Notes: generated by a model not told the origin, from the letters alone. DNA of 64,000 bases from Candidatus Sericytochromatia bacterium (GCA_036676495.1 JAKFCT010000028.1:64001-128000); one strand, 5' to 3'. Shown: positions 37,198 through 46,759, counted from the stretch's first letter. Made by a program: numbers and translations.

Positions 37198-38655
37198 ATG
37201 CAGAATCCCAGCGACCTTCCCTCAGTTCCGCGCCCCCTTTCGGAAGCCCTCTATCTTTGGGTGGCCGAGCACGTCGAGGGGGCGATTCGCTCGGGAGGCT
37301 TGCGAGTTGGAGAGCGGATTCCCTCCATTCGCCACTTCAGTCGCCAACTCAACGTCAGCGCCAGCACGGTGAATCTCGCCTACCAGGTCTTGGAGCAGAA
37401 GGGGCTGCTCGTGGCCCGCGAACGCTCCGGCTTCTACGTCGCCGAGCGGCGCCTTCCGCCCGAGCCCGTCGTCATGCTCCCGCAGCCCTACGTGGGAGAC
37501 GTCACCGTGGGCGACCTGATCGCCCAGGTCCACCATGCGGCGAAGGATCCCAAATTCGTTCCGCTGGGCGTGGGGTCTCCCAGCCCCGATCTTTTCCCGC
37601 AGCAACGGCTGACTCGAATCCTACGCCAGGTCTGTCTGGAGCACCCCGAAACCTTCACCGGCTACGACCTCGCTCCCGGCTCCCCGGAGCTGCGCAAGCA
37701 GATCTCCCGGTACGCCCTCGATGTGGGCTACCACGTGGCTCCGGACGAGATCGTGACGACCTGCGGGGCGATGGAGGCGATCTTCCTCTGTCTCCGGGCC
37801 GTCGCCGAGCCGGGCGACGCCATCGCCATCGAATCTCCCGGCTACTACGGCTTCCTTCAAGCCCTCGAAGCGCTCGGAATGCGCGCCGTCGAGGTTCCGT
37901 CGCATCCCGTGGACGGGCTCCAGTTGGACGACCTCGAAGCGGCCATCGTGACGCACGGCGTCAAAGCCTGCTTGCTGATGCCCAACTTCAACAACCCGAC
38001 CGGAGTCCTGCTTTCCGAAGCGAAGAAGCGCGCGCTGGTCGCCCTCGTCAGCCGCTACCGCGTCCCCTTGATCGAGGACGACCTCTACGGCGACCTCGCC
38101 TTCGACGGCTCGCGGCCGAAGCCTTGCAAGGCGTTCGACACCCAGGGCTTGGTCTTGCTCTGCTCGTCCTTCTCGAAGACCCTCTCCCCGGGCTTGAGGG
38201 TGGGATGGTGCACGCCCGGCCGCTTCCAGCAACGGGTCGAGCTGCTCAAGGTCGCCAGCACCCTTGCTGGCCCCGGCCTCTCTCAGATGGCGATCGCCCG
38301 CTACCTTCAGCAAGGTGGCTACCGGCACCATGTGAAAGGCGTGCGGAGCACCTTCCGCAACAACATCGAACGCGCCGTCCAGACGATCTTCGACTCCTTT
38401 CCCGACGGAACCAAGGTGGGGAGGCCGCAGGGTGGCTTCTTCCTCTGGCTCGAGCTGCCGGAGTCCGTGGATGCCAAGACCTTGTTTCGCCTCGGCCTTC
38501 AGCATGGAATCTGCACCACGCCGGGCCCCATGTTCTCCGCGAGCGGGAGCTTCCAGAGTTGCCTACGGCTCAGTTGTAGCCATACATGGTCTCCGCGGAT
38601 CGAAGCGGGCATCAAGACACTCGGGCGCCTCACAACCCAGCTTCTCGAAGCCTAG
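37198..38655 (+). CDS. MocR/GntR-family regulator with PLP aminotransferase domain (YjiR/YdcR-like)
   Basis: N-terminal wHTH (PSIR...VSASTV..AY); NNPTG, IEDDLY and SFSKTLSPGLRVGW motifs. Confidence 0.93.
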   Translation: MQNPSDLPSVPRPLSEALYLWVAEHVEGAIRSGGLRVGERIPSIRHFSRQLNVSASTVNLAYQVLEQKGLLVARERSGFYVAERRLPPEPVVMLPQPYVGDVTVGDLIAQVHHAAKDPKFVPLGVGSPSPDLFPQQRLTRILRQVCLEHPETFTGYDLAPGSPELRKQISRYALDVGYHVAPDEIVTTCGAMEAIFLCLRAVAEPGDAIAIESPGYYGFLQALEALGMRAVEVPSHPVDGLQLDDLEAAIVTHGVKACLLMPNFNNPTGVLLSEAKKRALVALVSRYRVPLIEDDLYGDLAFDGSRPKPCKAFDTQGLVLLCSSFSKTLSPGLRVGWCTPGRFQQRVELLKVASTLAGPGLSQMAIARYLQQGGYRHHVKGVRSTFRNNIERAVQTIFDSFPDGTKVGRPQGGFFLWLELPESVDAKTLFRLGLQHGICTTPGPMFSASGSFQSCLRLSCSHTWSPRIEAGIKTLGRLTTQLLEA

Positions 38656-38665
38656 CCTTTCCCGC

Positions 38666-39529
38666 TCAAGCCGAGTTCCTGGACATCCGGCGGCCATGGG
38701 ATCGCGCGGTGCTTTCATAGCGTGAGGCCGGGTAAGGGACGCTGACTCCGGGCTCGCCGCGCTGGTAGAGCACCGTGATGGCCGAGCCGACCGGGAGGTC
38801 CAAGGGAGGAGCCGGGTGCCAGACGCGCCCCTCGTGTGGCCTGCCCTCCGCATCCAGGTAGCGGTAGCGCAAGCGGCGCCCCCCATACCAGGGCGCTTCG
38901 ATCTTCAAGACGTTACCGAGCGCGAGGCGGCCATGGGCGGCCAGCCGCTGATGGCGCCAGTCCTCCAGGGTGATTCGCAGCGGGCGGACGGCCAGCAGCA
39001 TGACCCCGATGGCGACGAACCCGATCAAGGCCCGGCGCTCCCAGGGCGCCACCGGCAGCAGCATGGCCATGAGGCCCAGCGCCGCCACTCCGACGCCCAT
39101 GCGCGCCACGGCATGCATGGGGCGCTCGAAGCCTTCCCGCCGCGCCACCTGACGCGGAGCCGCATGGGCCAGTTCCGGCGGACACCAGCCCGGAGGGACC
39201 TCATCCGGCTGCGGCACGCCGTGCAGCCTCAGGAACTCCCACGCGAGCAAGCTGCGATCCACCGCCAGGATCAGGCCGGCGACTCCGATCAGCCCCAGGA
39301 TCTCGGCCTGGATCGACTCGAAGAGCACGCCGACGATGCCCAGCACGACCATGCCGGCGCTGCCGGCGCAGAGCGCCAGGGTGCCAAGCAGATCGCGGCG
39401 CCCCTCCTCGCGCGCCTCGAAGACGCCCCAGCCACAGTCGGGGCAGACGCGGGGAGCATAGAAACTCAAGGCATGCACGGCGATCGCCGCCTGGCAATCC
39501 GGACAGTGAGTGGGAGAATCGAGCCGCAT
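38666..39529 (-). CDS. Hypothetical membrane protein with N-terminal zinc ribbon and DUF3592-like C-terminus
   Basis: CPDC...CPDC; 4 TM; LRYRY..DAEG...VGS.ITVLY. Confidence 0.65.
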   Translation of the reverse strand: MRLDSPTHCPDCQAAIAVHALSFYAPRVCPDCGWGVFEAREEGRRDLLGTLALCAGSAGMVVLGIVGVLFESIQAEILGLIGVAGLILAVDRSLLAWEFLRLHGVPQPDEVPPGWCPPELAHAAPRQVARREGFERPMHAVARMGVGVAALGLMAMLLPVAPWERRALIGFVAIGVMLLAVRPLRITLEDWRHQRLAAHGRLALGNVLKIEAPWYGGRRLRYRYLDAEGRPHEGRVWHPAPPLDLPVGSAITVLYQRGEPGVSVPYPASRYESTARSHGRRMSRNSA

Positions 39530-39670
39530 GGGTTCCTCCTCGGCGGAATGCAAGCATCTGGAACGGGGCCTATACGCCTAAGCTTGCCAGGGCCACGTCC
39601 TCACCGCATTTCCTGCCCGTTAAGGGCTTGTAAAATCGTTCGAATCGCCGGCAGGACCAGCCTCTGCGGC

Positions 39671-39718
39671 TTGACAGGCTCTCGGAGGCGAATTAAGCTT
39701 ATTGCAGAGTTATTACAT
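39671..39718 (+). promoter_or_regulatory. Sigma70 promoter with putative Zur box
   Basis: TTGACA-17 bp-TAAGCT followed by ATTGCAGAGTTATTACAT; 12/18 match to the box at 48763-48780. Confidence 0.7.
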
Positions 39719-39729
39719 TAAGGAAGACC

Positions 39730-41010
39730 ATGCCTCCGAAACGCTGCCTGAAAGCCCTTTCCATCTCGCTCCGGCCCTCGGGCCTGTGGCCCTTTGCCCT
39801 GTTTCCGCTGGCCGTGCTGGCCGTGCTACCGCTGTCCATCCTTCCGGCCGTGGCTCAGGAGCGCGTCCTGCTGAGCCAGGCCGCCCCGAACCCGGACGGG
39901 GACGCGCAGGCCGACGAGGATCGCGCGATCTGGGAGGCGCTCCAGGAGCCCGCTCCGGCCGCTCCAGCGGCGCCGCGCGCGGGTCAGGGCATGAACCCGG
40001 ACATCAGCGTCATCCTGGACGTGGCGGGCGCCGGCTTCAGCGCCCCCCCCGACCAGCGCGGAGGCCACGACCCCAGCAAGAACGGCTTCAACCTCCAGCA
40101 ACTCGAACTCAGCATCGGCTCGGCCGTCGATCCCTACTGGCGTTTCGACGGGAACCTGGTCTTCAGCCAGTACGGAGTCGAGGTCGAAGAAGCCTACGCC
40201 ACCTCCACGGCCCTGCCCTCCAACCTCCAGCTCCGCGCAGGCCAGTTCCTGACCCGCTTCGGCCGCCTCAACTCCACCCACCCCCACTCCTGGGAGTTCG
40301 TGGATCAGCCGCTGGTCCTGGGCAAGTTCTTCGGAGGCGAGGGAAACCGCGGGCTGGGGACTGAACTCTCCTGGCTATCGCCCCTGCCGTGGTACTTGGA
40401 AGTCGTCGGCTCCGCCTCGGAAGCCCAAGGAGCCTCGACGGCCCGCAGCTTCTTCGGCTCAAACGACCTGGGAGTGCTGGGGCCCGCGGATCTGCAGCTG
40501 ACCGGAGCGGTCAAGCAGTTCTTCCCCTTCGGCCCGGACTGGTCGCTCGCCTGGGGCCTCTCGGGGGCCTTCGGCCCGAACCCCACCGGCCGGACCAACC
40601 GCAGCGAGATCTACGGCACCGACCTCTACCTCAAGTATCGCCCCCTGCGCGACGGGGATTGGACCACCGTCTCGCTTACCACCGAGGCCATGGCCCGGCG
40701 GCGCCAGGTCCCGGGCGGAGTCCTCAGTGACGAGGGGCTTTACACCACGCTATTCTGGCGCTTCGACCAGCGCTGGGGAGTCGCCGCCCGCCATGAGGCC
40801 GTCACCGGGATCGCCGGAGACACGCTGGATCCCGAATGGACCGGCATGCGGCAACGCACGAGCGCCAACCTGACCTACTGGCCGACCGAATTCTCGCGCA
40901 TTCGCCTCCAGGCCAGCGCCGACGCCCCCGAATGGAAGGCCGCGCCGGTCTACGGCGTCTTCCTCGCCTTCGAGACGGTCATCGGGGCGCACGGCCCCCA
41001 CCACTTCTAG
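39730..41010 (+). CDS. Zinc-regulated outer-membrane beta-barrel receptor/porin
   Basis: MNPDISVILD, VDPY, VEEAY, FGRLNSTHPH and C-terminal GAHGPHHF; heads a ZnuABC-type operon. Confidence 0.8.
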   Translation: MPPKRCLKALSISLRPSGLWPFALFPLAVLAVLPLSILPAVAQERVLLSQAAPNPDGDAQADEDRAIWEALQEPAPAAPAAPRAGQGMNPDISVILDVAGAGFSAPPDQRGGHDPSKNGFNLQQLELSIGSAVDPYWRFDGNLVFSQYGVEVEEAYATSTALPSNLQLRAGQFLTRFGRLNSTHPHSWEFVDQPLVLGKFFGGEGNRGLGTELSWLSPLPWYLEVVGSASEAQGASTARSFFGSNDLGVLGPADLQLTGAVKQFFPFGPDWSLAWGLSGAFGPNPTGRTNRSEIYGTDLYLKYRPLRDGDWTTVSLTTEAMARRRQVPGGVLSDEGLYTTLFWRFDQRWGVAARHEAVTGIAGDTLDPEWTGMRQRTSANLTYWPTEFSRIRLQASADAPEWKAAPVYGVFLAFETVIGAHGPHHF

Positions 41011-41021
41011 GAGCTCTCCTG

Positions 41022-41954
41022 ATGAACACCCTCCGGAATCACGCCCTGTTCTGGCTCTTCTTCCTGAGCGTCGCGCTCGTCCCGTCGCTTGCCGAGGCGA
41101 AGGTTCGCGTGGTCGCCACCCTTCCCACCCTGGCGTCCATCGTCCGGGAAGTCGGAGGCCAGGAAGTCGAGGTCACCTCGCTTGCCTACCCGACCCAGGA
41201 CGCCCACTTCGTCGATGCGCGCCCTCACCTGGTGCTGCAGCTCAACAAGGCGGACCTACTCGTCATCAACGGCTCCAACCTGGAGGTCGGCTGGCTCCCC
41301 GTGCTGCTGACCGGAGCGCGGAACTCCCGCATCCAGCCCGGCTCCCAGGGTTACCTCGATGCCTCGACGCTCGTCACGCTCAAAGAAATCCCTCACGGAC
41401 AGGTCGACCGCAGCAAGGGCGACATCCATCCCGGCGGCAACCCGCATTACCTCACCGATCCCCGGAACGGCGGAAAGGTGGCCCTCGGCATCGCCCAGAG
41501 GCTCGGAGCCATCGATCCGGCGAACCGTAACGGTTACCTCCAGCGCGCCAAGGCCCTCGATCAGAAGGCCGTCGCCTTGGCTGAGCGGGAGCGCAAGCGC
41601 TTCCTGGCCATTCCGGCCGTTCGCCGCCATGTCGTGACCTATCACCAGTCCTGGGTCTACTTCCTGGATTGGCTGAGCCTCGAAGAGATCGGCACCATCG
41701 AGCCCAAGCCGGGGATTCCGCCCGATCCCCCGCATGTCTCGCGCCTGCTCACCCACATGCGCAAGGTGCATACCGACGCCATCCTCCAGGAGGCTTACTA
41801 CTCCTCGCGCATCGGCAAGCTGCTGGCCGAGAAGGCCGGAGTCCCCCTGGTCGTGCTTCCGGGCGGCGCGGACTTCGAGCGCGGACAGAGCTACCAGGAC
41901 TACCTGGAAACGCTGACGGGCAAGGTCCATGCGGCCATGACGGAGGTCAACTAG
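41022..41954 (+). CDS. Metal (Zn) ABC transporter substrate-binding protein, ZnuA-like
   Basis: VVAT, QDAHF, LEVGWL, GNPHY..DP, YHQSW.YF, EPKPG. Confidence 0.9.
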   Translation: MNTLRNHALFWLFFLSVALVPSLAEAKVRVVATLPTLASIVREVGGQEVEVTSLAYPTQDAHFVDARPHLVLQLNKADLLVINGSNLEVGWLPVLLTGARNSRIQPGSQGYLDASTLVTLKEIPHGQVDRSKGDIHPGGNPHYLTDPRNGGKVALGIAQRLGAIDPANRNGYLQRAKALDQKAVALAERERKRFLAIPAVRRHVVTYHQSWVYFLDWLSLEEIGTIEPKPGIPPDPPHVSRLLTHMRKVHTDAILQEAYYSSRIGKLLAEKAGVPLVVLPGGADFERGQSYQDYLETLTGKVHAAMTEVN

Positions 41955-42787
41955 TGAATCTCCCCTTGAAGGCGGCCCTGCCAGCCGCCATGATCCTGGC
42001 GGGCTGCACCTTCCAGCCCGGCGTCTCCTTCGGAACGCTCGCGGATGCGACCCTCGATGCCCGCTTCCAGCCTCCGGCCTCACGCATGGATGCGGAAGGA
42101 CGCCTCAAGACGGCTTCCGGCTACCGGATCCGGATCGACTCCCTGAAGCTCATGCCCAAACAGCTCGATTTCCAGTCGACGACCGGAAAGGCCGGCACCG
42201 GGGGAAGCTTCGACCCCGCCGACCCGCCTGCGGGCTACTCGCTCTGCCACGGCGGCCACTGCCACCGGGACGACGGCGCCCTGATCTCCTACGAGGAGAT
42301 CGAGGCCGAGCTTTCTGGAGGATCCCTCAAGACGGCCACCGTCCTGAGCCTCCCGGTCGTCAGCGCGTTCGACCTGCTCACGGGCTCGGCCACGGCCTCG
42401 CTCGTCCAGAACCAAGCAGGCCGTCAGCTGGACCGCAGCCAATGGTCGAAAGCCTCGCTACAGTTTGCCAGCCTCACGGCCAGCGGCTCGGTCGAGGATC
42501 CCTCGTCCTTCAACCGTCTCGGCGGTCAGACGCGCACCTGGTCCCTGACGCTGAGCCCTTCGGCATTCAGCCAGAAAATCGAGGTGAACATCGATCGCGA
42601 TCAAGGCGATCGCCTCGCCATCGCCGCGACCTTCACCCTCAGCGAGAAGCTCTGGGACGAGGTCGACTTCCAGACCCTCGCCAGCAGCACCCCCGGCACG
42701 CTCGTCCTCGACCAGGACGCGGCCACCCGGGACCACCTGAACGAGAACCTGGCGAAAAGCCTGTTCACCGTCAACTTCAGCCAGTAA
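41954..42787 (+). CDS. Hypothetical lipoprotein with CHGGHCH metal motif
   Basis: GTG overlapping the previous stop; lipobox LAGC; FDPADPPAGYSLCHGGHCHRDDG. Confidence 0.8.
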   Translation: MNLPLKAALPAAMILAGCTFQPGVSFGTLADATLDARFQPPASRMDAEGRLKTASGYRIRIDSLKLMPKQLDFQSTTGKAGTGGSFDPADPPAGYSLCHGGHCHRDDGALISYEEIEAELSGGSLKTATVLSLPVVSAFDLLTGSATASLVQNQAGRQLDRSQWSKASLQFASLTASGSVEDPSSFNRLGGQTRTWSLTLSPSAFSQKIEVNIDRDQGDRLAIAATFTLSEKLWDEVDFQTLASSTPGTLVLDQDAATRDHLNENLAKSLFTVNFSQ

Positions 42788-42820
42788 CCGTCCCGTCCCT
42801 CGCATACAAGGAGCCCTCGC

Positions 42821-43375
42821 ATGTCTCGCCTTCGCCCCTTTGCCGCCCCACTCGCGGCGCTCACGCTCACCTCCGGCCTCGTCCTGGCCGGTTGCCAGCT
42901 TCTGACCGGCAGCCCCACCCATCCGACTCCCAGCCCCAGCGCAAGCACGAGCGCCGAGCCGATCCCGCAAGCGGACGTCGAGGCCTGCGAGCACATGAAC
43001 ACCGGGACCGCCACCGCCGTCACCGCTTTGCAGGGAGACGGGACGCCTCCGAGCGTGAGCGCGGGGCACACGCGCTACACCATCACCCTCCCGGCCCAAA
43101 ACGAGCAGTACGCGGGCAAAGTCCTGTACAATAGCAGTGAAGAGACTGACTACGTCTTGTTCTTCGACCAAGACGTGAAGCTCGTGATTCGAGACGGCGA
43201 CCAGAAGGTCATCGAGCCCGAAGAAAGCGCCAGCGCCTCGGTCGTTTGCAGCAGCGTCAAGGCTCGCCATGTCGTCCACCTGGGCGTCGGCCTCTATACC
43301 CTCCAACTGGGTCCCACGGCCGCTTCGACCGTGAGCCTGGTCATCGAAGAAACCGCCCACGAGGAGCATGATTAA
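42821..43375 (+). CDS. Hypothetical lipoprotein in the zinc operon
   Basis: RBS aaggag; lipobox LAGC; EACEHM motif and C-terminal HEEHD. Confidence 0.8.
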   Translation: MSRLRPFAAPLAALTLTSGLVLAGCQLLTGSPTHPTPSPSASTSAEPIPQADVEACEHMNTGTATAVTALQGDGTPPSVSAGHTRYTITLPAQNEQYAGKVLYNSSEETDYVLFFDQDVKLVIRDGDQKVIEPEESASASVVCSSVKARHVVHLGVGLYTLQLGPTAASTVSLVIEETAHEEHD

Positions 43376-44153
43376 GTCCACCCGCCCTCTGACCCCCTCC
43401 AAGGCCGTGCTGTCGACCGACTCGCTGTCGGTCGGCTACGGAGGAGTCCCGGTCCTGCCCCCGCTCTCCTTCGCCGTGAGCCCGGGAGAGCTCTGGGTGC
43501 TCGCCGGCCGGAACGGCTCCGGCAAGTCCACCCTCTTGCGCACGATCCTGGGATTGCTCCCTCCGGTCGGCGGCACGCTCTCGCGCCCCCCCAGCACGAG
43601 CATCGCCTACCTGCCCCAGGTTCAGAGCCTGGATCCCATCGTCCCGATGCGGGTCTGGGACATCGTGGCCGAAGGGGTCGAATCGGGCTGGTCGTTCCTG
43701 AAGCCGCGCATCACGAGCACCCAGAAGCAGCGAATCGCCGAGGCCCTGGAGCGCACGGACACGCTATCCCTCGCCAAGCGCTCGTTCGTCGAGCTCTCAG
43801 AGGGCCAGAAGCAACGCGTGCTGTTGGCCCGCGCCATCGCCGCCTCTCCCCAGCTCCTGCTGCTCGACGAGCCCACCTCGGCCATGGACCTCAAAGCCGA
43901 GGAAGAAGCCATCCGGCGGATCGACGATCTCCGTCGCGAGCTGGGCACCGCCGTGATCCTCGTCAGCCACCACCTGCCGGCCGCCATCAAGGCCGCCGAC
44001 CACATCCTCTTCGTGGATGCCGAACACCAGGGCGTCGCCGCCGGAGGCGTCCGGGAGGTCCTCGCCGATCCCATCTTCCACCGCCAGTTCGCCGGTCTCA
44101 CCGGCGACCTCTGCGTGGACATGCTGAAAGACGGACACCGCCATGACCCCTAG
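43368..44153 (+). CDS. Metal ABC transporter ATPase, ZnuC-like
   Basis: GRNGSGKST, LSEGQKQR, LLLDEPT, VSH. Confidence 0.93.
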   Translation: MIKSTRPLTPSKAVLSTDSLSVGYGGVPVLPPLSFAVSPGELWVLAGRNGSGKSTLLRTILGLLPPVGGTLSRPPSTSIAYLPQVQSLDPIVPMRVWDIVAEGVESGWSFLKPRITSTQKQRIAEALERTDTLSLAKRSFVELSEGQKQRVLLARAIAASPQLLLLDEPTSAMDLKAEEEAIRRIDDLRRELGTAVILVSHHLPAAIKAADHILFVDAEHQGVAAGGVREVLADPIFHRQFAGLTGDLCVDMLKDGHRHDP

Positions 44154-45018
44154 CTGGCTCGATTTCATCGCGGGATGGGAGCTCTTCCGCGACCCCATCC
44201 TCTGCGGCCTCGTCGCCGGAGCCGCCCTCGGCATGCTCGGCGTCTTCATCGTGCTCCGCCGGATGGTCTTCATCTCCGCGGCACTCTCTCAAGCCGCCGG
44301 TCTGGGGGTCGCGCTCTCCTTCTTCGCCCAGATCCACCTCGGTCTTGCCGGCTTCCTCGTCGATCCCCGCCTGGGCGCCCTCGTGATGACGTTTCTGGGG
44401 GCGTGGATGCTCCGACTGGAGCCGCGCGGCAGGTTGACGCGGGAAGGAATGCTCGGCCTGGCCTATCTGGTGGCCTCGGCCGGCACGCTCATGGTCGGCA
44501 CCCGTATCTCCCAGGAAGCGCATGACATCCAGGCCATCCTCTTCGGGACCGGCGTGCTGGTGCGTCCGAGCGACACCGCCTGGGTGCTCACCTCGGCGGC
44601 CCTGGTCTTCGGCATGGTGATCTGGTGGCGGCGCGGGCTGATTTTTGCCAGCTTCGATCCGGACGGGGCTCGAGTCCGAGGGTTGCCGACCACGCTCTTG
44701 AGCCTCGCCATCCTGGGGGCGATCGCCCTGATGGTCTCCATCGCCACGCGGGCGCTGGGGGCGCTGCCGGTCTTCGCGTTCAGCATCCTGCCGGCGATCG
44801 CCGCCATTGCCCTGGCCCCCAGCCCCACCGGAGCCCTGATCCTGGCAGCATGCTTCGGCGCCCTGGGCGGCGTCGGCGGCTACCTCCTGGCCTTCTTCGG
44901 GCAGTTCCCGGTGGGCGCCAGCCAGACCCTGGTCTGCGCCATCCTCGCCGGCACCGCCTGGATCGTGCGCACGCTGATCAGCCCGAAGTCAGCCCGCCTC
45001 GCCGTACCCCGCTCCTAG
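44143..45018 (+). CDS. Metal ABC transporter permease, ZnuB-like
   Basis: LGVFIVLRRM.F...ALSQ, ILFG, SFDP..A; multiple TM segments. Confidence 0.9.
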   Translation: MTPSWLDFIAGWELFRDPILCGLVAGAALGMLGVFIVLRRMVFISAALSQAAGLGVALSFFAQIHLGLAGFLVDPRLGALVMTFLGAWMLRLEPRGRLTREGMLGLAYLVASAGTLMVGTRISQEAHDIQAILFGTGVLVRPSDTAWVLTSAALVFGMVIWWRRGLIFASFDPDGARVRGLPTTLLSLAILGAIALMVSIATRALGALPVFAFSILPAIAAIALAPSPTGALILAACFGALGGVGGYLLAFFGQFPVGASQTLVCAILAGTAWIVRTLISPKSARLAVPRS

Positions 45019-45019
45019 A

Positions 45020-45211
45020 GCGATCTTCGTTGCTGCAGGACAGCGAGCTTTGACTTTCAGCCTCTATCCATGCGGTTCTCGGTTAACGCTCGCTGCCTTT
45101 CGCAACAGCCGCGGGCGCTAGAGTAAGTGGCGCACGCATCCTTGCCTGCGCCACGGGTTCGCCGCCATCTCGCTTTACCGTCCCCCCGCTAGCGCCAACA
45201 GCGAAGACCAC
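45020..45211 (-). ncRNA. Unknown structured element, copy A
   Basis: Nested stems with G-U pairs favouring the minus strand; two cores 32/35 and 18/21 identical to copy B, with compensatory changes. Confidence 0.6.
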
Positions 45212-45275
45212 GACTGAAACACGGCCCTCGTCATTCCCGCCTTCGCGGGTACGACGGAAGGGCGGACGAAACGGG

Positions 45276-45305
45276 AAGGGGCCACCTCGATTGAGGCGGC
45301 CCCTT
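45276..45305. terminator. Terminator-like hairpin after the PLD gene
   Basis: aaggggccacctcg / tgaggcggcccctt. Confidence 0.6.
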
Positions 45306-45314
45306 CGGATTTGG

Positions 45315-46637
45315 TTAGAGGTAGTAATCGAAGATATCGAGGAGACGATTGAACGGCTGAGCGTACCAGGGATATTCCTTGAATTCGAAGACCTTGGAGG
45401 CGTTGTTCCAGTCATGGTCGAAGAGACGCGTGCGCAGGCCGCCGACGAGCGCCGGATCCGTCGTCGCGAGGCTGATTTCCTGGTTGTCGAAGAGCGCGCG
45501 CGTGTCGTGGTTCGTGGAGCCCACGGTGGCCCAGTTACCGTCGACCGCCATGTACTTGGTGTGGACATGGGCGTCGGCCGGCGTGCCGTGGTAGAGGCGG
45601 AACTCCGCGCCCAGCTTGCTCAGGGCGTTCAGCTTCACGGTGTGAAGGCGCTTGAAGACCTTGGCACTCGACTCGCCGGGAACGATGGCCTTCAGCTTGA
45701 CCCCGCGCCGCACGGCGGCGTCGAGGCGCGACAGGACGCCGTCGTCGGTCAGGTACTGCTGCTCGATGACGATCTCGGACTGCGCCTGCTCGATGGCCCG
45801 GTAGGTCATGCCGCGCGCCTCGAAGCGGCCCTCGGGGGCGCTGGTGACGTAAATCGCGGCATCCGTCCCGCCGTACTGCACGCCGGGCTGGAGGCTCGGA
45901 TACTCGAGCTTGCCGCCGCGGGCGAGCTTCCAGTCACGGGCGAACTCGCCGTGGAACTGCTGCGCCACCTCGCCCCGGAAGTCGATCAGGACGTCCTGGT
46001 CCTTGGTGTCGAAGTCGGACATGAGGTTCATGCCGCCGACCAGACCGCGATCGCCGTCCGCCAGGTAGAGCTTGCGATGCGTGATGTTGACGCCCAGGCG
46101 CTTGTCGTCCTTGCGGATACCGCGAACCGGGTAATAGCGGAACTCGACCCCGGCCTCGCGAAGCTCGGCGGCCATGGCCTTGGCTCCGGGCAGGAAGCGC
46201 GAGCCCACGTAATCCGCCAGCACCTTGACCTCGACCCCTTCCTGGGCCTTGGCCTTCAGCAAGGGAACGATGCGCTGGCCCATCGAGTCGTTTCCGAAGT
46301 TGAACGTCTCGAGGTAAAGGGTCTTGGTCGCCCCCTTGATCAGCGACTCGAGGGCCGGGACGTTTTCACGGGGCCCCACGCTCAGCGACGCCGAGTTGTT
46401 GCGCGTCCGGGGGTTGGCGTTGCGCATGGGGCGGACCGGAAGCTGGAACGTCTCCCGGGGAGCCTCGTTGAGGGACGGCCCGTCGTCGTTGAGGGAGGCC
46501 TCTCGCGAGGCTCCGCTGAAGAGGTCTTCAGCGGTCGTCGGTACGGTCTGGGGCTGCACGCCGCAGCTCGCCAAGAGCATCACCGAAAGGGCAGGGGCCA
46601 CCCAACGCGCCGCGGGCTTGAAGGGCTTGGTCGTCAT
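45315..46637 (-). CDS. Phospholipase D / cardiolipin-synthase-like lipoprotein
   Basis: Two HKD motifs (HRKLYLAD..GGMN, HTKYMAVD..GSTN); lipobox LASC. Confidence 0.9.
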   Translation of the reverse strand: MTTKPFKPAARWVAPALSVMLLASCGVQPQTVPTTAEDLFSGASREASLNDDGPSLNEAPRETFQLPVRPMRNANPRTRNNSASLSVGPRENVPALESLIKGATKTLYLETFNFGNDSMGQRIVPLLKAKAQEGVEVKVLADYVGSRFLPGAKAMAAELREAGVEFRYYPVRGIRKDDKRLGVNITHRKLYLADGDRGLVGGMNLMSDFDTKDQDVLIDFRGEVAQQFHGEFARDWKLARGGKLEYPSLQPGVQYGGTDAAIYVTSAPEGRFEARGMTYRAIEQAQSEIVIEQQYLTDDGVLSRLDAAVRRGVKLKAIVPGESSAKVFKRLHTVKLNALSKLGAEFRLYHGTPADAHVHTKYMAVDGNWATVGSTNHDTRALFDNQEISLATTDPALVGGLRTRLFDHDWNNASKVFEFKEYPWYAQPFNRLLDIFDYYL

Positions 46638-46729
46638 CAACTTCTCCCTCATTCAAGAGCCAGAGATCCTGCTTCACATGGCCACGGGGACCGGGCCGGT
46701 TCGTACTAGATTAACAGGCAAACGAACAA

Positions 46730-46759
46730 AAGTAAAGATATCCTTAAGGCGAGGTTAAC
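46730..46759 (-). promoter_or_regulatory. Pho-box-like triple direct repeat upstream of the PLD gene
   Basis: GTTAACCT-cgc-CTTAAGGA-tat-CTTTACTT (11-bp period), followed by an extended -10 TGtTAATCT. Confidence 0.5.

Noticed and set aside
45315-46637. PLD protein as a defence or RNA-guided nuclease partner of elements A/B
   Set aside because: It has two HKD motifs and a lipoprotein signal, fitting an exported phospholipase rather than a cytoplasmic single-HKD nuclease; adjacency is the only link
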